Source of the DNA: Octopus bimaculoides
Lineage: Eukaryota
Assembly (NCBI RefSeq): GCF_001194135.2
Contig: NC_068997.1
Span: 23,615,998 to 23,659,087, forward strand
Length of the DNA: 43,090 nucleotides
Direction: 5' to 3'
This document shows, piece by piece, positions 1 to 12,935 of this stretch. Every line of letters starts with the position of its first letter. Within the stretch, counting starts at the first letter, position 1. A program made the position numbers and the translations under genes. Below the pieces are notes generated by a model. That model had not been told where the DNA came from. It was given only the letters and a program-made list of their open reading frames with translations, and searched no databases.

Positions 1-32
<32 letters not shown>

Positions 33-38
33 TTTGCA

Positions 39-75
<37 letters not shown>

Positions 76-1046
76 TAGAATGTGTGCATCCTTATTTTGC
101 ATATTACATTAAAATCTGGGTTCCGCTGCGCATTAAACCACGCACACATACATACACATACAAAGTGCCGATCTCTCACATTTACTCAAAAGTACACAAC
201 ATACTCATTCACATATTCACACGTACAATAAGCACACAAACACACATAGAAAAGCAAACATATTCACAAAAGAGTCTTTTTAAAACCATCATCCATGGAA
301 TCATTGAATATGGATAACTTATTGATATAACGGCCCTCTTTAATCTGTGAAATATTTAACAAAAACTATTACAAAGCAACCGAAAATGAGAATTTTATGA
401 TAGAATGTGTTGACTTTGCACTGCATGCAAATTTGTGTAAACGATATTTATTTAAATTATATTACACTTATAAACGTCTGCAAAATATAAAATACGTATA
501 TATATATAACTATGTATATATATATATATATATNNNNNNNNNNNNNNNNNNNNNNNNNNNNNNNNNNNNNNNNNNNNNNNNNNNNNNNNNNNNNNNNNNN
601 NNNNNNNNNNNNNNNNNNNNNNNNNNNNNNNNNNNNNNNNNNNNNNNNNNNNNNNNNNNNNNNNNNNNNNNNNNNNNNNNNNNNNNNNNNNNNNNNNNNN
701 NNNNNNNNNNNNNNNNNNNNNNNNNNNNNNNNNNNNNNNNNNNNNNNNNNNNNNNNNNNNNNNNNNNNNNNNNNNNNNNNNNNNNNNNNNNNNNNNNNNN
801 NNNNNNNNNNNNNNNNNNNNNNNNNNNNNNNNNNNNNNNNNNNNNNNNNNNNNNNNNNNNNNNNNNNNNNNNNNNNNNNNNNNNNNNNNNNNNNNNNNNN
901 NNNNNNNNNNNNNNNNNNNNNNNNNNNNNNNNNNNNNNNNNNNNNNNNNNNNNNNNNNNNNNNNNNNNNNNNNNNNNNNNNNNNNNNNNNNNNNNNNNNN
1001 NNNNNNNNNNNNNNNNNNNNNNNNNNNNNNNNNNNNNNNNNNNNNN

Positions 1047-1086
<40 letters not shown>

Positions 1087-1513
1087 GCATGCATATATGT
1101 AAGTTTTCGTGTGTATATATATATGTGTATACATATACATATACAAATACGTTTGTGTGTATATCTATCTATTTATCTGTCTATCTATATGCATATATAA
1201 GTATGTATGTATCTGTGTATGTATGTATGTGTGCATTAAATATGCATCACATGCACTCACAGAGACATGCACCAGCATAAAACTAAAACAAACACAGAGA
1301 TACAACTGTATCTTTCGAACTGAGTACGTAAAGGCCAAAACAATTTTCAAACCTCGTGAAATGTAATACTTTAAGACGTGTCTAAAGAATGGATATCTCA
1401 TTGTCAATGTGTAATTTTTGTAATCTACGACTACGTCTTTTTGGCATCAAAATACATTTGATGATCTATAAACTTTTATATCTCTATATATGCATACTAA
1501 TGTATGTATACAG

Positions 1514-1561
<48 letters not shown>

Positions 1562-1997
1562 GCGCATGGAAATATACATATGCACATAGATTTATATATA
1601 CAATATACATGTATATGTGTATATATATATGTGTGTGCGTGTGAGTATGTGTGTGTGTTGTGTGTGTGTGTCTTTATGAGTGTGACAACTAAGTTATTCG
1701 GGCGTTGAACCATGAATTTCACTAGGGTTTTGAACTCCAAGTTATTGCAGTAAATAGTCCTCATTTCAGACGGGATTCGTGGGTCCTTTGGTATAGAGTA
1801 GTGTCATCTAGTTAGAAAACAGAATGAGTTTTGATATCGAAGTTTGGTGTCGACTGTTGGATGGCCATATTCGGAGTGGGGCAAGTAGTCCAGACAGAAC
1901 CAGTATAGTTTACTGGTTCCTTGTTCTGAAACATCTCAGAATCCAGCATTGTTGTTCCTACATTTGTCTTGGTGATTTGTTTTCTTTAAATTTGAAC

Positions 1998-2038
<41 letters not shown>

Positions 2039-2448
2039 AAGATTAAATGTGGTGCTTAAAATGTTTGAGGCACCAGAATTTGGTAGGGNNNNNNNNNNNN
2101 NNNNNNNNNNNNNNNNNNNNNNNNNNNNNNNNNNNNNNNNNNNNNNNNNNNNNNNNNNNNNNNNNNNNNNNNNNNNNNNNNNNNNNNNNNNNNNNNNNNN
2201 NNNNNNNNNNNNNNNNNNNNNNNNNNNNNNNNNNNNNNNNNNNNNNNNNNNNNNNNNNNNNNNNNNNNNNNNNNNNNNNNNNNNNNNNNNNNNNNNNNNN
2301 NNNNNNNNNNNNNNNNNNNNNNNNNNNNNNNNNNNNNNNNNNNNNNNNNNNNNNNNNNNNNNNNNNNNNNNNNNNNNNNNNNNNNNNNNNNNNNNNNNNN
2401 NNNNNNNNNNNNNNNNNNNNNNNNNNNNNNNNNNNNNNNNNNNNNNNN

Positions 2449-2485
<37 letters not shown>

Positions 2486-3078
2486 TATGCATATATATAT
2501 ATGCATACATACACATATACATATATGTGTGTGTGTGAACGTATATCTATGTATGTATATTTTCATCAGTCTAGCCAATAGTATAATATGCTTTGCTGAT
2601 AGTGCTAACAAATCTTCTCTATCCTCAACGTTTAAGACCCAATTCACAGTTTGCTGTAACTAACCTTGTGCTAATTTAAACGTAGGGATTCAATTGCAGT
2701 TATCTCCCGTGGTTAAATTTATTTTGCATTTTAAACATATTTAAATATATATCATATATATCTACTACTTGGTTCATGTGATCGGAATATTTCAACTCGG
2801 CATGTAAAATAAGCAAAGCCCCATGGCTTATTTTTCTGTTAATCATGTACGATCTTCTCTCCTGGGGTCCTTTACCGTCAGCAATACATGTCCGTCTCGA
2901 ATATTTCGTATTTGTCTGCCAGCTTTCATTTCTTTCTTCCGACTTCATGCCTTCCTTCTTTCCTTCTTTCTTTGATTGTTCTGTTTGTTTGTTTGTTTGT
3001 TTGTTGGTTTCTTTCTCTCTTCGTTTCTTTTTTTCTGATGGTCAGAAGTAAAATAATGACCATTCTTTTTTTAGGTGG

Positions 3079-3142
<64 letters not shown>

Positions 3143-3249
3143 GCAGCAGCAGCTGCTGCTGCTGCTGCTGCTGCTACTGCATTGACGACGACTGGCATCT
3201 ACTGCTACGATTATTACAACTACTGCTGCTGATGATGTTGATAATGTTA

Positions 3250-3287
<38 letters not shown>

Positions 3288-3375
3288 GATGATGATGAAG
3301 ATGATGATGACGACGACGATGATGACGATGACGGTGACGATGATGATGATGATGATGCTGATGATGATTGTGATG
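3079..3375. repeat. Compound trinucleotide microsatellite (CTA)n-(CCA)-(CTG/GCA)n-(GAT/GAC)n
   Basis: Directly visible. It generates the spurious poly-T/A/M/H/S ORFs. Confidence 0.95.
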
Positions 3376-4016
3376 ATCCTTCAAATGCNNNNNNNNNNNN
3401 NNNNNNNNNNNNNNNNNNNNNNNNNNNNNNNNNNNNNNNNNNNNNNNNNNNNNNNNNNNNNNNNNNNNNNNNNNNNNNNNNNNNNNNNNNNNNNNNNNNN
3501 NNNNNNNNNNNNNNNNNNNNNNNNNNNNNNNNNNNNNNNNNNNNNNNNNNNNNNNNNNNNNNNNNNNNNNNNNNNNNNNNNNNNNNNNNNNNNNNNNNNN
3601 NNNNNNNNNNNNNNNNNNNNNNNNNNNNNNNNNNNNNNNNNNNNNNNNNNNNNNNNNNNNNNNNNNNNNNNNNNNNNNNNNNNNNNNNNNNNNNNNNNNN
3701 NNNNNNNNNNNNNNNNNNNNNNNNNNNNNNNNNNNNNNNNNNNNNNNNNNNNNNNNNNNNNNNNNNNNNNNNNNNNNNNNNNNNNNNNNNNNNNNNNNNN
3801 NNNNNNNNNNNNNNNNNNNNNNNNNNNNNNNNNNNNNNNNNNNNNNNNNNNNNNNNNNNNNNNNNNNNNNNNNNNNNNNNNNNNNNNNNNNNNNNNNNNN
3901 NNNNNNNNNNNNNNNNNNNNNNNNNNNNNNNNNNNNNNNNNNNNNNNNNNNNNNNNNNNNNNNNNNNNNNNNNNNNNNNNNNNNNNNNNNNNNNNNNNNN
4001 NNNNNNNNNNNNNNNN

Positions 4017-4052
<36 letters not shown>

Positions 4053-4178
4053 CGTATATGTATATTATATATGTGTGTGTTGCAGTGTATGTATATGCGT
4101 ACGTATATATCTGATGCAAATATGCATTGAGAAACAGATATGTACTTCTGTGTGTGAGTGTGTGTGTGCGTGTATGTA

Positions 4179-4212
<34 letters not shown>

Positions 4213-4776
4213 TGTACTTCCTTTTATTTCAATACACGAATGAATGTGTTTGGTTGTGTTTCTGCGAGTGAATGTACGTATCTTCGCATATATTATATGA
4301 AGTATGTATTTATAGATTGTATCCAGGAGTTACCCACATAATGCTCGGTCCCACAAAATAGACTCCAATACATAAGGTAAAGAAACCGAAACATAAGCAC
4401 ACACNNNNNNNNNNNNNNNNNNNNNNNNNNNNNNNNNNNNNNNNNNNNNNNNNNNNNNNNNNNNNNNNNNNNNNNNNNNNNNNNNNNNNNNNNNNNNNNN
4501 NNNNNNNNNNNNNNNNNNNNNNNNNNNNNNNNNNNNNNNNNNNNNNNNNNNNNNNNNNNNNNNNNNNNNNNNNNNNNNNNNNNNNNNNNNNNNNNNNNNN
4601 NNNNNNNNNNNNNNNNNNNNNNNNNNNNNNNNNNNNNNNNNNNNNNNNNNNNNNNNNNNNNNNNNNNNNNNNNNNNNNNNNNNNNNNNNNNNNNNNNNNN
4701 NNNNNNNNNNNNNNNNNNNNNNNNNNNNNNNNNNNNNNNNNNNNNNNNNNNNNNNNNNNNNNNNNNNNNNNNNNNN

Positions 4777-4809
<33 letters not shown>

Positions 4810-5931
4810 GTATGTATATATATATGTTTGTATCTATCTATATATCATGTATCCATACATGCATGAACGTTTCTATGAGTGTTTTTCTCTATATACGAGC
4901 GTACGCCAAATGCACCCAAACACATCCCACACAATACACATTCTACATACCCACAAATATCATATAAAACCCAACTGACGCTTGCGCAACAGTAACTTCT
5001 TGTACCTCTACCGATGGGCGTTATACACAAATCTAGTTTTAAAAAATAAGCTCCCTGGTGTGGTTTCCTCTCTCCTTATGTGTATGATATAGGCCATACT
5101 GACTAGAAATATGAAAACACATAAGTACTTTTACATGACTGTCTGACCTTTTTGAAATTCTCATATATTCCAGTAGTGTCCTGAGAAATTAGCATTGAAA
5201 GTTTAACTCTTTAGAGATAAAAGCTCTGGAGGTCACCACCTGACCCTAATATTCCTTCATGAACAAGGGAGACGGGTGAAAAAACAGAAATGTTCGTCTT
5301 GGTAGATTTGTTAGCTAAACATCCCTGAATTCAAACATTAGATGATACATGTTATGCAATGTAGGAAAAATATGGTTATACATACCAACACAATAAGTAT
5401 GTGTTATTTACCAATATTTTCCTATATTGAAATTCAAACTAAAATATTCTCCTAAGATGTAGAAGAGCGTAGTGATGAAAAAGACTTATAAATACATACA
5501 ATCTAAATTCTATACAACTCTAAAAGGTCTATAACACAAAACTTAAAGCAACACAGCAATATTTGAAAAATGTCATCTTAATATTCAAAAGTTACATGAG
5601 TTATATGCTTGTAATTATGGATAAGGATGACTATAGTATAACGTCGTTTCACCAACAGCAAAAATACCTTTGTATGTATTCCGAAAAATGATCACAGCTA
5701 ATTGAAATTTGAAATTGATGAATTGGGCACTGCCACCATTTCTCTCAGATGCAGAATATCCATGCCTTCTGCATCTCATAATAAATTGTAATGCTGAGGA
5801 TGCTGTCTCAGCAAGTGGCAATCCTAATATTCATTCTTAGCTCGCTATTATCCCATATTCCAATCAATTTCGTCAGCTTCGCTGGGTTTTAAACGGCTTT
5901 CCGATATCCGATTCGTCTGGAGGTCTTAGAC

Positions 5932-5935
<4 letters not shown>

Positions 5936-5987
<52 letters not shown>
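5936..5987. repeat. (GA)n microsatellite
   Basis: Directly visible. Confidence 0.95.
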
Positions 5988-5989
<2 letters not shown>

Positions 5990-6940
5990 TAAAAATTACG
6001 GAAATACAATTAACAAGGCACTAATATAACATATCCGACCGCCTTCTTTTGACTTTAGAAATGTGGACTGACTGGTTGGACTGCTTCACATAACTGCCAA
6101 ATCTCCTTCAAATTTCAACTCATTACCTAAAATTAGATAAGTAGACATCCTGTACAGTCGTCCATGTTTGAAATAGCAAGGGAAATGTTGTTTGAGCCAA
6201 GGAGAGAGCCCTTTTGTAGTTTCACGTAAAATAGGTAATAGTAATCGAATTCTCCCAAATCTCAACGGTCTCACTTCGAAAGAGTGTGACACGATAGACA
6301 ATGTTGTCTTATATATAAAAGTCACCGAATGTTCACGGTTTCAAAGCATTTGATCATATAGCTGGTCGATTAATGTTGATTTAGGCTACACAGCAACAAT
6401 CAGTCTAAAAGGTTAAGTGAATGAATACCTTACAGTATAGATCAGTTCGTACGGAACTAAACTCAAGTTAAACGAAAACAACTGTAGCAGCAATGGGGCC
6501 CATTTAATACGAAACAATGCATAAAACCCAACGTTTGTGCCACGTCACATTAAAGAAAAAGAAAACTCCGATCTTATTTAAGTTACTTACCTTGTTTACG
6601 TTATATTAAGAGTAGTGTAAAAGGTTATTAACAATTAAAGTTGAATATATGTATTTTACCACAATGGTTATCCGTTTCGTTCCGAGTTTACAGCTGAAAC
6701 TGGAGCTAGTGAGAAGCAGTAGGCTTCCGAATTAGCAGGTATATATTAGAAGAAAAAGGCCAACGAAAATAAAGGCAGGTCGAGTATCTCAAGTCATTTA
6801 TAATATTATATTTAGAGCAAGGTAAATTTGAGGCAATTAATTAATAATTACTCAGTTAATTAATTAACTAATTATTGGATGTCCTACAGCTGCTTCTGGG
6901 ATATCTGAAGTGATAGGTTAGCATCTCCATCCCTGGGTAT

Positions 6941-7162
6941 TCCGTCATCAGAGACAAGGTGTGAGTATGTCTGAAAGTTTTAGACGGAATTCACAGTTTA
7001 TAACGGAATAAAATAGCAGTTAGAAGAGTAAAGAGTAAAACAGTATTCTTCTACCTAATATTTTGCTCTTAATTTGTCAATCTCCTATCTTTTATTCCTT
7101 TATAAACTGTGAATTCTCTGTCTAGAACTTTCATACATACTCACCTTCTCTCTGATGACGGA
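6941..7162. mobile_element. Fold-back / MITE-like element with ~73-bp imperfect inverted arms
   Basis: 6941-7012 aligns to the reverse complement of 7090-7162 with about 5 mismatches and two 2-nt indels. The spacer holds a further stem, TAGAAGAGTA/TATTCTTCTA (7021-7053). TSD not resolved. Confidence 0.75.
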
Positions 7163-7255
7163 TTGAAATAAAGTATTAGACAAATACAGGAGTGTGTTTA
7201 TTCGACTATGACACCTCCCGTCGTCAGTAACTTTCTTGGTCTTGTGCCTGTGTAA
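7163..7255 (+). mobile_element. 3' half of an old family A-like SINE (5' remnant probably at about 6905-6940, split by the fold-back element)
   Basis: AAATAAAGTATTAG...ATTCGACT...TCTTGTGCCTGTGTAAGAAAT resembles AAATTAAGTGCCAG...AATCGACT...CCTTGTGCCTAGAGTAGAAAAG of the 39822 copy. CATCTCCATCCCTGGG just left of the fold-back resembles CCTTTCATCCTTTCGGGG. Aligned by eye, low identity. Confidence 0.4.
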
Positions 7256-7282
7256 GAAATCCATTTTTTAAAAAGAGTTAAT

Positions 7283-7320
<38 letters not shown>

Positions 7321-7800
7321 AACATATATGAGTATATACATATATGTAAAGAAAACAGCGTAATGAGGGCGCTAAAATATTATTCAGATAGAAAATAATA
7401 ATGATAATAATATGAATAAATTTGTTAATTGCAAAGATATCATAAAAGTGTTTTCTCCGTTGTTTTTTATCAACATATTTACTTAAGCTTTCGTTGTTAA
7501 TTTCTTTCTTCTTTTTTGTTTTTCGTGGTTTTCTTTGTGTATGAGTGTTTGTGGTGTGTATGTGTGTGAATACACGCATACACACACATACACATGCACA
7601 CACAAATACTCACATATACTCACATATATATGTCAACTCCCGCTGTTTATCTTTCCCTCTCTACTTACATATAAGCGTGTGTATAAATATACAGCTTTGT
7701 TCTTGTGACATTTTCATCTCTATCTCTATGTATATGTATATAAATACGTTGATATATTATATATATATATATATATATATGCATGTGTGCGTGTGTATAG

Positions 7801-7805
<5 letters not shown>

Positions 7806-7884
<79 letters not shown>
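7806..7884. repeat. (TA)n microsatellite, representative of dozens of TA/CA arrays across the window
   Basis: Directly visible. Confidence 0.95.
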
Positions 7885-7890
<6 letters not shown>

Positions 7891-8199
7891 TATACATATA
7901 TACATTTCTATATTTATTTATTCATTGATTTCATTTCATTTTCTTTGATTATTCTGCTATCTATTTTGCTGTTTATTTTTTGTCGTTTCCTATCATTTAC
8001 TTCCTCCACCCATCACCCCCCGCCGCCGCCACCACCACTACCTATAGCAACATCTCCACCACCTCCATAGCAACCTCTACTACCACCTCCACTTCCTCAC
8101 TACCAAATCTTTTTTTGTTTTGTTTTCCGTCTTTGATGATGATTTTGTTAACTTCTATTTCTATATTTATTTATCTTTTGTATTTAATTTATATATATG

Positions 8200-8241
<42 letters not shown>

Positions 8242-8376
8242 ATATATATATATATCTTATTTATTTATATAATTGTTGTTTGTTTATAGTTGTGTTCTTG
8301 TTTGTCTGATTGTGTGTTTGTCTGATTTATTTTTTTATTATTTATTGTATATATCATTAGTATTATCATTACCCTT

Positions 8377-8386
8377 ATTATTATTA

Positions 8387-8466
<80 letters not shown>
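8377..8466. repeat. (ATT)n microsatellite
   Basis: Directly visible. Confidence 0.95.
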
Positions 8467-9188
8467 GTCATTGTTATTATTATGTTTAGGTTTTTTTTTT
8501 ATATCTGAATCGTACGAGAAATTCCATAATTTTGTACGATAATGAAATATTGTTCCGTTACCGGAAGTTAGACACTCAACTGTTTAAAAGACAACAACAG
8601 CTACAAAACAAACTAAGGTGGTAGTGGTGGTGGTGGCGGTGATGGTGAGGAGGAGGAGGAGGAGGAGGGAAAATAAAACCACATAAAGTAAAGCAAAGAA
8701 AAATAAAAGTACAAACAAGCAAAGATAAAAACAAACAAAACAAGACAAAATAAAACAAACGAGACAAAAACAAGAACAAAAACAAAAACTATAGTAGAAA
8801 AACACTAGAAAATCATCACGAAAACACAAAGAAAAAAACTGAGGCTACTGATCAGACAATCAGCAAGCATTTAGTGTTAATCTAGTGACTTACACAACAT
8901 CGTCTCTATAAACTTGCTATTTATTAACCATTTCATTATTTTTAGCCGGAAACATTCACTCTATTCGTTATATATTTGTTTATTTTGTTGCATTTATATA
9001 TTTCTTTAGTTAGTTATTTAGTTATTTAGTCAGTTACTTAGGTTGGTTTTTCTTGTGTTTGTTGAAATTTCTTATGGTTGTTTATTGTTTTGTGTATGTG
9101 TTGTGTTTGTGTGTGAATCTTACAGTCTTGTTGCTAGTGTTGGTCTTGTTGTTGTTCACATCAATACCATTGTTGTCGTAACGTTAAT

Positions 9189-9320
<132 letters not shown>

Positions 9321-10763
9321 GATACTGCTATTTTATTTTATTTATTTTAAAAATTTCATATTAATGTTTTACACACACGCACAGACAGACACACACACAT
9401 ACACACACACGTTGACACATGTAGGTGTATGTGTGTTATTTTGTGTGTATGTACATGTATATGAATATATAAATACATACATACATACATACATACATAC
9501 ATACATAAAAAAATATATCTGCATGTATGTATTCATAGCTTTTAATTTTATTTCGTATTATCATTCCATTATATTATATTGTGTTAGAAATCATTATGCT
9601 ATATTATTTTATATTATATTACATATATTGTATTATAGCATATTATAGTACATTATATGATATTAGATCATATTATATTATAGCATATGATAACACATTA
9701 TATTGTATTTATATTTCACTAGACTATATCATATTATAATACACAGAATACGATATTGTATTATATTATACAGTATATTATATTAATATTATATCCGTTA
9801 AAAGGCTGCACATTAATCAATTATTGTTATACTTGAAAAAAAAATCTCTTTCTTTACTTTGCACCAATAACAAAGTAATTGACCACAAATAACTATATTG
9901 ATTTCTAATTTAGGCATAAATTTGTGTTGATGAGAACGCTCAATTAAATATGAAGCCTATTATGTCTCTAATACTTAATTTTTTTTCAAGCCCATAAAGC
10001 AGTATCAGCTAGGTCGAGGGTTGAATTTAAATAGGGAATAGCTAAATAGCGCAAGGCATTTCATATGATACTCTACGATTTTGCTTATCCACCTCCTTGA
10101 TCATAGCCGAATATATTATAATGACTGTGTGTGGAGGAGGAATTAGATCTGTTAATTAAACACAATCATCATGAAAATAATTAATTGAGAAAGAGAGAGT
10201 GAGAGAGGAAGAGAGAGACAGACATAGACAGACAGGTAGAGGAAGTGGGAAAAGAGGACAGAGAGTGCGAGAGAGAAACAATGAACTTTTTGGGGCGCTG
10301 GTTTTTTGGGCACTGGTTTCCAGCGTTGCTATGATCTCGTTATTCTATCTCCTTATGTTCCATGTAGGTGACACCTTGTTTTACAATTAGAGGGAACAAA
10401 ACAATCTAGAAAATCTAGACTAAACAAAAACATCTTGAAAAAACTACCTCATAAGCAATAAATCGTATTAATTTACGATTCATATAATCTATTGCCTATT
10501 GCTTGCTAATTTTATCCATTGTGGTATGAATATGGGGACATTACAATGACAATAAACAATTTATTTAGAGAAGGATGAAACGTGATAGACGGGACAAGGG
10601 CCAATTGAAGAATCTCAGAGATCCAGGATTGCTCTGATCACCAATCGAGCTCGCTCGCAACTGTTTCTCTCCAATCTATAGGTGCTTGCTTAGCGTAGAG
10701 CTATTGACTCAGCCCATTTTTGCCACATTCGCACATATTTTTACAATGGCAGATAGCACTTAC

Positions 10764-10935
10764 CTTCCACCCTCACTTTCATTTTCAATTGGAACTTAAT
10801 AAAATTGATGCGGGCTTGACCGAAAAGGATGTGTCTTTCTTTAATCCTCTCAGCTATCTTTTTCGCCATAGCCACCAGACAGTGGAAACCCGCCTGCTCT
10901 TCAACATAACTCTGCAAGTCAACAATGCTCAGAGT
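10764..10935 (-). CDS. Candidate minus-strand internal exon; product unknown
   Basis: Minus-strand acceptor CACTCGTGCAG and consensus donor GAAG|GTAAGT (plus-strand ACTTAC at 10758-10763). The open frame reads TLSIVDLQSYVEEQAGFHCLVAMAKKIAERIKERHILFGQARINFIKFQLKMKVRVE. No recognised family. Confidence 0.2.
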
Positions 10936-10972
10936 CTGCACGAGTGGATAAACTTGTATATGTATATATGCA

Positions 10973-11004
<32 letters not shown>

Positions 11005-11781
11005 NNNNNNNNNNNNNNNNNNNNNNNNNNNNNNNNNNNNNNNNNNNNNNNNNNNNNNNNNNNNNNNNNNNNNNNNNNNNNNNNNNNNNNNNNNNNNNNN
11101 NNNNNNNNNNNNNNNNNNNNNNNNNNNNNNNNNNNNNNNNNNNNNNNNNNNNNNNNNNNNNNNNNNNNNNNNNNNNNNNNNNNNNNNNNNNNNNNNNNNN
11201 NNNNNNNNNNNNNNNNNNNNNNNNNNNNNNNNNNNNNNNNNNNNNNNNNNNNNNNNNNNNNNNNNNNNNATATATATATATATATATATATATATATACT
11301 TATTTATGCATATATATATATATGTGGGTAAAAATTGATATTGATCAATTAAAACCAGTGGTCTAGCATATTAAAAAAATCCGAAGATTAAAAATATATT
11401 ACATACAAGAATAAGAGGAATGAACAGCAAGTGTGCATTCCTGAATGCTAGAAATAGATGCCGAATCATCCAACCACGAAAAAGTATGTTCTCAGACTGT
11501 AAACGAGTAAGACAAATGAAAAAATACTAAATTAAAAATCGATTAATTTACGTACCATGGTTTCACCTGTTAAAATTTACAAAAGTAAATATCTGCAGGA
11601 TCATCAGCGTAAATCTGTCTATTTTAGAATGTAATACACCGAGCTAGACACAAGCCATTCACCCGTAAGTGAACACGTGTAGAGCTCCGTGCATTACACT
11701 CAGTGTATCCTTTCAAATGTCTTCAAATCTGGCGCGCTAAGCATTCAGGAATCCACATTTGCTGGTCATTCCTCTTATTCT

Positions 11782-11833
<52 letters not shown>

Positions 11834-12349
11834 CAGTGTCATTCACCTTTCATTTGTATGTTCTCACTGCATGGATACAGATACATTCTATCGAAAGTGT
11901 ATATTTACTTATAATAATGTGTATCTAATTTTCTTTATGTAAATATATACATACAAATACATACTATGGACAAACTAAGCACAAACATATGCATAGAAAT
12001 ATACCCTCTGCACACACTCTAGACCACACCCACATATATTAAATATATTCAACCAGAGACCCACATACACACACGTAAACACATGAATGTATATAACTGT
12101 GCATACATACAGATATATATATATATGCATAAGTGAAAATACATATATATATTCGCGTGTGTGAGTGTGTGTGTGCTTGTCTATCTTAATAGACATTCGG
12201 TTGGCTCATTCTGCAAATAAATGGGAGTCCAGTAACGTTAGGTGAATGACATTAGATATGATGATGATAATTTAGGTAGTTACATAATATTATTTAATTT
12301 TATTTCTGTTATATATACAAATATATATGTATATAAACATCTATACATC

Positions 12350-12395
<46 letters not shown>

Positions 12396-12749
12396 TGTGT
12401 ATGTGTGTGTGTGTGTTGGCGTGTGTGTGTGTGTTGGCGTGTGTGTGTGTGGGTATCTATGTATGTATGTATATCACTGAGAAAATAAATGATTTGGTTG
12501 TGTTATAAAGACATGTAGGAGATGCCGATGAGGTCTCAAGCATATATGCACGAATATATATCTGATTTTGTGTATATATGACTATATTTATACGGATCAG
12601 TGTATATATNNNNNNNNNNNNNNNNNNNNNNNNNNNNNNNNNNNNNNNNNNNNNNNNNNNNNNNNNNNNNNNNNNNNNNNNNNNNNNNNNNNNNNNNNNN
12701 NNNNNNNNNNNNNNNNNNNNNNNNNNNNNNNNNNNNNNNNNNNNNNNNN

Positions 12750-12787
<38 letters not shown>

Positions 12788-12904
12788 GGAGAGAGAGAGA
12801 AACAGACATACAGAAAGACAGACTGAAAGACAGCGGCTGGGAGGGTGTCTGATAGAAAGGTAGATAGATACATATACGTATACACATATACACAAATATA
12901 TATC

Positions 12905-12935
<31 letters not shown>

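Noticed and set aside
5716-5797. Possible C/D snoRNA (TGATGA at 5716, CTGA at 5794)
   Set aside because: There is no terminal stem flanking the boxes and no recognisable rRNA/snRNA guide. The D box is buried in a predicted hairpin.
6270-6400. TATA-like TATATAAAA at about 6311-6320 as a promoter
   Set aside because: The region looks like a decayed retroposon 3' end with a CAA-like tail and has weak similarity to about 35925-36020. TATA-like words are ubiquitous in this AT-rich DNA.
6539-6546. UPRE-like TGACGTGG on the minus strand
   Set aside because: It is a single 8-mer with no supporting context and is plausible by chance in 43 kb.
7146-7182. Hammerhead-ribozyme-like string TCT-CTGATGA-CGGATT-GAAA-TAAAGTATT-AGA
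   Set aside because: The core words are present, but stem II lacks a closing R-Y pair, stem III would be 2 bp, the cleavage triplet would be AUU, and the motif straddles the fold-back/SINE junction, so it is most likely coincidental.
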